A stretch of 64,000 nucleotides of DNA. Source: Geosiphon pyriformis uo1. Lineage: Eukaryota; Fungi; Glomeromycota. Both the position numbers and the translations under genes were made by a program. The notes below the pieces were generated by a model. It saw only the letters and a list, made by a program, of their open reading frames with translations, made no database searches and was not told where the DNA came from. Positions 55,600 to 64,000 of the stretch are shown here, piece after piece; positions within the stretch are counted from its first letter, which is position 1; each line of letters opens with the position of its first letter. The stretch is taken from contig JAAOMT010000183.1 of NCBI GenBank assembly GCA_016748015.1, positions 380,370 to 444,369 of the forward strand. The letters run 5' to 3'.

Positions 55600-58500
55600 T
55601 ATTCAAAAAAAAAATTTTATATTATTAGTAAAAATTTTTAGTTAATAATAATATAAAAAAAGTAAATAGCCATACAAATCAGAAAGTAATTGTAAAAAAA
55701 ATTCCAGTCAATTTTCTTAAATCAGTTATGAAATTAGTTTTTTCTAAATTTGATAAAATAGTTTTAATCAAAATACATCTAATTGGTCTCTAACAAAAAA
55801 CTATAGTGAAATTTAAATCATCAAATGTTGTTAGTTTAGTTGTCTCCAATTGGTTAGTTTTTATGAGAAAAAATTTCATGCATATGGCTTTGGCAATTAA
55901 TAATAAACAGTTATAGATATCTAAAAATTTTTATTAAGCTTTGTTATATATTTTATTAGTTAACATTACTGCTTATAATTTCTTTAAAGTATTAATATTA
56001 TATAATAAAAAAACTTGTTTTATTGGTTATAATCTAAACACATATAAACATGACAAGTGTGTTGTTATTTGTTTTGCTAACAAGGTTTTCAAGAAGACTG
56101 TTGTTAATTTTACTTTAGTTTTTAAGAGTATAAATTTGCACTAAACTGGTCTTTCTTTGGCCTATTATACTTAGTACAAACAATTTAGTTATGTTTTTAG
56201 TATGTATTTAATAAATAAAAATTCAGATAATTATAATAGACAAGTAGTCAATTTTTAGAATCGAATTTATTTGGCAAATATATATAAAAAAAAATAAGCA
56301 CTAATTGTTTATCCAGTTTTATTTAACAGAGAGACTTGGATTCAAATTGCTAATAGTTTTACTTTTCATGTAGTGCCTTTGATTTTTTTTAGTGCTGATT
56401 CAACTTCAGATGTTAAACTTTTTTTACTGGTTTTTTTGAATATAAGTAATAAGTTTGTCACTTTTGAGTACAGTTTTGTCAGTTTTGTGGAGTAAGTTGA
56501 CAAGCTGGTTAAGAGATTGAATGCATATAAGTCAATAATTTCTCAGTCTAGCTCTGAATATTAGCTGTTAATAACCTTTTTATTACAGAATTAAGAAACA
56601 AATATAAAAATAAGTAAGGATTTAAGTGCAATTACTAGTGGTAAGACTGTAAAAAAAGTAGAGTTTTTAAACCAATTAATTATTAAAAGACTTAAAATTA
56701 AAATAGATAATTTATTAAATATGATTATAAATTTGTTGGCTAAAATAAATAATAAAGATTTGGTTTCAGATACTTCTCTTTAACAATGACTAATTTAATC
56801 TGAAAAATTGCTATATGTAATGTTAAAAATATGAACAATTCTGTAAAATAAATGGATATTATTTATTAATATAAAGAAATAAACAATTTAATTTTCATTA
56901 TTACTAAGACAAAATTGAAAAAAAAGATCTGTCTGTGAATTGCAAACAAGTTTGATGGTGTTTGGGTGTTTACTTTTGGTTTAAAATTTGGTTATTTGGG
57001 TTTTGGTATCACAGTTATTATAAATATTAGTTTAGCAAGACATGTATACAAAATTTTAGAAGTTGCTAATAGGTTTTTGTCTATCAAGTTGTTTTTCAAA
57101 AATAAACTCTTTATGTTGATTTTGGGGCTATATACTGATGCTGTTTTGACAATACATTTGGTTTAAGCTAAAAAGATTAATTTACTAATTATTAAAGCTG
57201 TTAATAAAACTTTATTTGTGATTTTAAAAAGTAATTTTAATAAAAATAGTTTTTGTAAATATACTAGCTTCAAAAAGTGCTTTGATTTAGTGTTAATTAA
57301 TTTTTTAGTGGAAAGCTCAATTGCAAACATCTCAATATAAAATAACTTTAAGAGTACTAAAAATCAATTAATTTTATATTTGTCTTTTCAAATTTGATTA
57401 ATATAATAGTAAATTATAATATTCTGGATGTTGAAAAGCATTTTAACATTAATCATCAAGTGGTCTTTATTTCTGTAGATTTGGATGGTTTGTTGAATAT
57501 ATATTTAAACATTTTTTATAAACTGGCAAATAAAAATCACTAAGAGTTTGATTTTAAAAATATCAATAATACAAAATAGAACAGATTTAGAAATGCTATA
57601 ATAACTAATGCTGCTATGTTTTCTAATAAGTTTATTGTATCAAAAAAATTTTTAGATATGGATGCAATATGGAATATTATTTATAAAATAATAAGTTTAT
57701 CAGCCAATAAGGTATTTAAAAAAAAAATAGTTCAAAAATTTTGATAGTGTTTTTACCAAGAAATTTTTTAGGTTTAATAAATTAGAATTATTGATGTTAA
57801 AAATTGTCAAATCTTTACATAATAAGACTGGCAATAAGTTCAATTTTTTTATAAGCTGCTAAATGTCTTTAAACAGTAATAATACTTATAGTGTTTAAGT
57901 TTTGTTGGATTCTGGTTCTGATTTTAATTGTATAAGATTCTTTTTTTTTAAAGTAAAAAATCATATTGTGTTTTTAAACTTGCTGAATTTCTAAGGACTA
58001 AAAAGTTATTTATCAAATTTTTTATTAACAAATAGATGGAAAGCTTTGTTGTCAATAAGAGTTATATAATTAAAAATATATTAAAAAATTCTTTTTAAAA
58101 AGTTGTATTAGATCATTTGGTTATTAATAATAAATTAATTTTAGATCTTAATAAGGTCAAATTTAAGATTAATACAATTATAAAAGGTTAAACAAAAAAA
58201 AAATTGATGTTAAACAGTGTTTTTAATTTGTGGTATTGTTAATATTAGCCATTGGTTTATGTTAATAATGCTGTTTTTTTTAATGTTATAAGTACTATTA
58301 ATTATAATAATTTAATACATATAATTAAAAATCTGCCTAATTGAAAAGCCATTGGTTTGTTTAGTATTACAAATAAGCTTTAATGGTTTAGTTTTTATTA
58401 TGTTTCTGGATTTTTTAAACTTTTATTTGGTGTGTAAATTTGTACCTTAACCTTGAAAAAAAGCTTGGGTGTCAATAATTTCTAAACTTTATGAATAAAA

Positions 58501-61500
58501 AAGTGTTTTAACCAATACCAGACTAATTGTTTTAATTAAGACTATTTGTAAAATTTTTTTTAAAGATTCTTTCCAATAGAATTTTTTTAGTCTGTAGTAG
58601 ATTTAATTTTCTTTATGATAACAACTTTTTTGTATTAAAAAGCATTACTATTCAGTCTTCTATTTTTGCAGTTGGCTTAGTAATTGAAGATGCTTTAGAA
58701 AAAGATTGTGAACTTTAGCTGGTCTTATAGGATATATAAAAAGCTTATAACTCTGTTAGTTGGTATTATTTAAAAAATAGTTTAGTTTTAATTAAAATGT
58801 ATAAGCAATTTATTAAGTTTTTTAGTCATATTTACAATAATAAGATTAATTGAGTTATGCTTGATTATAAATTAACTAATAAGTATTAAGTACATAATAG
58901 TCTGAATCAGAGTGAGGTTTTTTTTTCTGCTCTAAAAAATTTTTTATGATCTTCTTTTGTAAGAGGTTAAAAACTTATATAGTTATTATATTAATACTAA
59001 GTTTGTAACCAAAATTGACAGAATAGAAAACCAGAGTGGATTGATTTCATATCTGGTAATTGGTGTTTTTATTGATAACACAATTTGAATAAGAAGTAGT
59101 TAGATTGTTATTTAATATATTTTGAACATTATAAGTAAGTTTTTTAATATTAATAACATTTTAATTAACAATAAAAAAACAGTAATCATTCTTATTAACC
59201 AAAAAGTTAAGAATATTTTATTATCAATAAATAATCTGCCAATATCTATTGTACAAAATAGAAAGTTCTATAAATTTCTTAGTATCTTTTTGTTTTTTAA
59301 AGATTTATTCAAATCCAATTTGAAAAAAATTCATTTAAATATCAGGTTTTTTGCCAACATAATCTTAAAAAAAACTATTTTGAACAAACAGTTTCTTTAT
59401 TTGGTTTTAGCTGTGCTTTAATCTATTGTTAATTATAAGATTCAGTTTAGTTTTGTCTTTAGAAGTATGTATAACAAATAAGATATACTGATTAGAAAGA
59501 GTTTAAAAATAAAAACTGGTTTGCCAAAAAATTTTTTCAATGAGACTTTTTATTATTCATCTTTATATGACTTAAAATTATTTGAGCAAATGCAAGCAAA
59601 AAGTAAATTGGCTTTTATGTTAAGTTTTTTAAATGCTGATAAAGTTTTCAGTTATTTGTTTGATTATAAGTCTTTAGATTTACAAATTTTGAATTGGTCT
59701 TCTATTTATTTTTTGCAAAATTCTGTGAAGTTGAAAATTAGTTCAGTTAACAATTTTCTGGCTGGTGTGATAAAAAATTTTTTTAATTATGATTTTTTTT
59801 TTATTAATATTTTGTTTTCTGTATTTTAGTTTTCTGATAGTATTTTTATGTCTTTTGTTTTAAAGATATAATGTTTTATAATGTTTTTTACTCACTTAAG
59901 AGATTTGGTATTGCCTTTGTTAAACAATTATATAATAAGAAAAGATTGGTTTTTAATTAAAAAAGTTTTTGTTATTAAAAAAAGCTTGATTTTAGAGACC
60001 TAATCTTTATTTGATTTAAGTTAGTATATAATTACTTGGTTAATCTTACTTTTTATTTTGCTGCTCAGTTATTTATCAGCAAATTCTGGTTTTTGAATAT
60101 TTTTAATACTAGTGAGTTTTCTACAATAAGACAATGTTTTTCTAATGTTAATTTGAATATTATTAATGTTTATACAAATAAATTTGTAAAAAACTTGAGT
60201 ATATATAAGATATAATATAATGTAGCTGTATTTTTTGCTAATCTAAATCTAAGTATTAATGTTAAAGTTGGTGATTTAGTGTCTTTTACAATAGCAAAAA
60301 TACAGATAATTGTTTTGGTTTTAGAGTATATTCTGAATTTTAGTAATGTTATAATGTATTCAGATAGTCAAGCCACTTTGAATGTATATACTACAGAATT
60401 GAATTTGGTTTTATCTGACTTTTATAATTGCTGTTGATTTAAGAGATATAATATTATAAACTTTATTAAATATAAGACACTTGCTGTTTTTTGGACCAAG
60501 ATTAAAGATCATTCAAATGTTTTAGATAATAAGTATGTTGATATGCTAACCAACTTAGCTTCAAGTTTAAATTTGTTACTTTTTGTTCTTGTTAAAAAAA
60601 ATACATTAAAGCTAATAGAATAGCAATGTCTTAAAATGTTTGGTATTTTATTCATAATATGTTTAAAGCTATTTATTGTGCTTATTAAAAAGTTGGGTTT
60701 GGTTTTAATATTATTTGTAAGAACATAATTAGAAACATGAATTGAATTTGGATTTTATTAGTTTTGTATCTTAACTTATATATGGTATCTGGTTTTATAA
60801 ATAAATTTACTGTTGGTTTACATTGTTATTTGCCAATTGTTGTTCAAAAATACTTATATAATAAAAAATATCTCAATATATTATGTTTATAATATAGAAA
60901 AATTGAGCTTTCTAATTATTTTTTTACATGTATAATAGATTTTAATATTTATAAGAAATTATTTAATTTATATCTGACCTAGTAGAGTTTTGTGTTGGAC
61001 TTGAATTTGTCATTATTTTATATTTTACAATTGCTTTTTTTGTGTGTTTTTAACAATATTATGTATTTTGTATTGTATAAGATTTTGTGTTCAAGAAATA
61101 GTATTTGGAGACTGTTTTTGTTTTTGGCTGTACCAAAACTATCAACAATTTTTTTGTTGAATTGGTATAAAATTTGAAAATGGCTTATTAGATTAATATG
61201 TAATTAATAAGAGCTAAATATAAAGTATTAATGAAAAAAAAAGATTTAATTACATATAATAGATTTGTGTCTTCTGAAATCCATAATTTTGTGTCTTTGT
61301 TTTCTAATAATAATATTAGGTTGTTTGGAATTGTGGAGATACATAACATTAGTTTTAATTTTCATAAGCTTTGCAGTTTTTTTTCTGGAATTAATTGTGT
61401 AGTTTCTGTTAAAATAAATTTATAGTATCGTTTTAATTGGCTTAAGTGACTGGTTATATGTAAAAAATACATAATTTGTGCTTAGTTTAGATTATTTAGT

Positions 61501-61555
61501 TTAATGTATTGTAATAAGTAGTATTTAGATCTTACTTATAAAATAATAATAAAAA
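55600..61555 (+). mobile_element. Near full-length, heavily decayed LINE (ORF1; ORF2 = APE-RT-RNase H-Zn finger)
   Basis: ORF1 remnant ends taa-ca-ATG (~56787); ORF2 starts MTNLI*KIAICNVK (APE). RT motifs KAYNSVSW (~58740), QSEVF (~58907), FIDNT (~59068); RNase H VYT.. (~60168) and WTKIKDHS (~60492); Zn finger ~60883; A-rich 3' end. The 5' boundary is approximate. Confidence 0.85.
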
Positions 61556-62826
61556 TACATAAATTAAAATTATTGTTTTTTATTATTTCAAGTTTTTTTA
61601 TAATAAAAATACATATTACTTGTATTTATTTATTAATATTTTAAATTAATAATCCTTAATTATGATTATTAATAAAATTTTTATTTTTTTATTTTTAAAT
61701 TAATCTGTTAAATATATATAAAACTAAAATTAATATTATAAATAACTTAAATATTAAATATAAAAAAAATTAAATTTATTAAAAATTAAACAGTTTTTTA
61801 ATTAATTTTTGTAAAACAAAAATCATATTTATAAATATACAACTAAAATTCATAATTATAAAATAAACAAAAACAATTTAAAAAAAACTTTTATATAACA
61901 AGATATAATTAAACATATTTATTATATTTTTATAATAAATTGCAGAATTACTATAAATTAATACTTTTTTTAAATTACAAAAAAGTTGCTTATTTATTTT
62001 AATTTTATTTAGCTTTATTAATATTATATATATTTTTTAATAATATTACATAATTAATAAATTTATTTTAAATAATATTTATAATCTTTTTTTATAATTA
62101 TATAAGCAATATTTTTTAAAGCTATAAAATTATTAATTAGCAAAACAAAATTAATTAGCTAATTTTTTTTTTTTTTTATGTTTAAATATCTAAATATTAG
62201 TTATAATAAAAATTACTTGTTTGTTTTTACATTTCTATTTTTTATTCTTAATTTGTATTGTTAGAATTAATCAAAAAAGCCTTTTAATTTATTGAATAAT
62301 GAAATAATTAAAATATTTGTTATTAATTTTAAAAATTGCCAAATAAAACATAGAATAGTATCAATAGTGTTTGTTGACAATTATAAATTATTTTTTTATC
62401 TTCAGATTTTTTTAAAAAACTTATATTGTAATAAACAGCCTTAAAAATAAAATTAGATTTAATTTTGCTTAATTATTATTGTTATTATATAGACATATTT
62501 TTATTACCACATTTATAATAACATAAAATGATTGATTATCAATATATAAAAAATGTTGCATTTATCATAGAATTTGTACAAATAAAAAAAAACCAAAATT
62601 CATTGTAAATAAATTATGTATTTGAATACACGAGCGTATTTATTTTACTTAGAAATTTTATTTGCAAGTGTCATTTTGTTCTATTTAAAAACGTACCATA
62701 AAAAAGCTTATTATATCGCTTTATGTCTTTCAACCAATTACTTCTGTTTTGGTTTTAAGTTATGTAATTGGTTAAAAAATTTATTCAATGTCACTTTGAC
62801 TTTGGTTGCGAGTGACTCATGTAAAA

Positions 62827-63290
62827 ATGGCAAAGTGGATTGCTGTGGCAACTGGTTTTATCACTTCTTCAGCTTTATTATATAATTTTCAACATGACAT
62901 TGATAGTAATACTGCAGAGATACGTAAGAGACTTTGCAAGTTACAGGTTCGTTTTACCTGGCTCATGGAGAAATATTCCTGGGGAAAAGGTAATTTGATA
63001 CTAGAATAAACCAAGTGGCTAAAAATAGTTCAAGGCACTAAATAATTAGTCTTTTATTTAAATTTTATTTTTCTCTTAAAAAACCCGTCTTGAATTCTTG
63101 GTAAATAGTTGTTCACTTACAAGTTAACTTCCTCGAGACGCAAAACGCCAAATGAACGTCCCAAAATATCGTTTCCCACCTTATCCCAGACACGAAATCA
63201 CATAAATCAACGTTTTCACTCTAGATCAATGGCAGAAATGAAATTCTTTAATCTACATGTTCATCCCAAGCTATTATTTCAAATTCTGTG
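62827..63290 (+). other. Small mitochondrial membrane-protein-like gene (possibly Mic12/Aim5-like); second exon looks disrupted
   Basis: MAKWIAVATGFITSSALLYNFQHDIDSNTAEIRKRLCKLQ|gttcg: N-terminal hydrophobic helix followed by a coiled segment. No clean acceptor or frame downstream. Confidence 0.35.
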
Positions 63291-63382
63291 AATCATTATG
63301 ATTCACATAATTTTGGTATTTTAATTTTTAACGCGACCTACATAAGTTAGAATTGTGCATTGCAGAAAAACCTCAAGCTACC

Positions 63383-64000
63383 ATGCTTGTTTTAACGCGT
63401 TCCCTGTCGCTAACGTCACTAAAACCTATATGGCGTCTAAGAAACTTCAGTAGGCTTCAGCGAAAAAGTCATTGGAAGAACGCATGCTTCATTGATCCGA
63501 GGAATAAGCAATTGTCAACGAGGACTTCAGAACCGAGTAGGTTTGGTCAGTCTAAGAGATGTCTCGTCTCGATAAAGCGCTGACCAAGTACCCCAACAAT
63601 CTTATCCAAAATACTTTACTTTTATCCAACTTCCAGTACGAGTTTTCAATTAATGTTAAAAAGGCGCGATGATAAAAAGAGAAGATATACATAGATCATT
63701 TCTCTGATACTTTCCGTTGAAAACTTATCGATAAGGAAATTTTAGGTAAATAAATCTTGGTCAGCGCTTTAAGATAGTGCAAGTTGTCTTAAATTTCTAT
63801 ATCTAATATTATTGATCGGTGACTATTAATTACCTCGCAGGAATTATCAATGAATTTGGTGTAGAAATGCTTCCAAATTGGCTTTACAAACAAATTTTCA
63901 AACGTACAGAACGTCCAAGAATTTCTTGTACTCTTTCTCAAATAGCAAAAAGTCATCTCAAGAAACAGGGACTAGCAGATAAAGTATCTGAAGAATTCCC
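63383..64000 (+). CDS. MIP1: Mitochondrial DNA polymerase gamma, 5' part (runs off the window)
   Basis: Exon 1 (63383-63536) is an Arg/Ser/Leu-rich presequence. Splicing A|gtaggt..cag|GA (exon resumes 63841) gives EPRIINEFGVEMLPNWLYKQIF..IAKSHLKKQGL, matching the fungal Pol gamma N-terminus (PRINxxGIQxL..QIF..HLxxHGL). Confidence 0.68.

Overview
AT-rich, intron-containing eukaryotic DNA. It reads as an early-diverging fungus; the transposon proteins resemble what I recall from Glomeromycotina such as Geosiphon (inference, no search run). Three CpG-retaining gene islands carry a ~21-exon dual hybrid histidine kinase (1645-8655, -), an M28 leucine aminopeptidase (24162-25871, -), the 5' end of mitochondrial DNA polymerase gamma (63383-end, +) and several gene or Tc1 fragments. 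The rest is a transposon graveyard: two hAT elements with 8-bp TSDs, a solo LTR, three RNase H-bearing LINE copies and a four-level nest (LINE > Gypsy A > Gypsy B > deleted Gypsy C), each LTR element bounded by a 4-bp TSD. Two things stand out. First, repeats carry almost exclusively C>T/G>A changes in all dinucleotide contexts, with reading frames and LTR lengths preserved. This is a RIP-like hypermutation signature in what appears to be a non-Dikarya fungus. Second, the Ty3/Gypsy family is unusual: gag-PR-Cys-rich domain-dUTPase-dUTPase-like-RT-RH, an integrase possibly set off by stops shared between copies, a conserved ORF3 before the PPT, and a U5 'anti-PBS' sequence that can hairpin over the tRNA-Met primer site.
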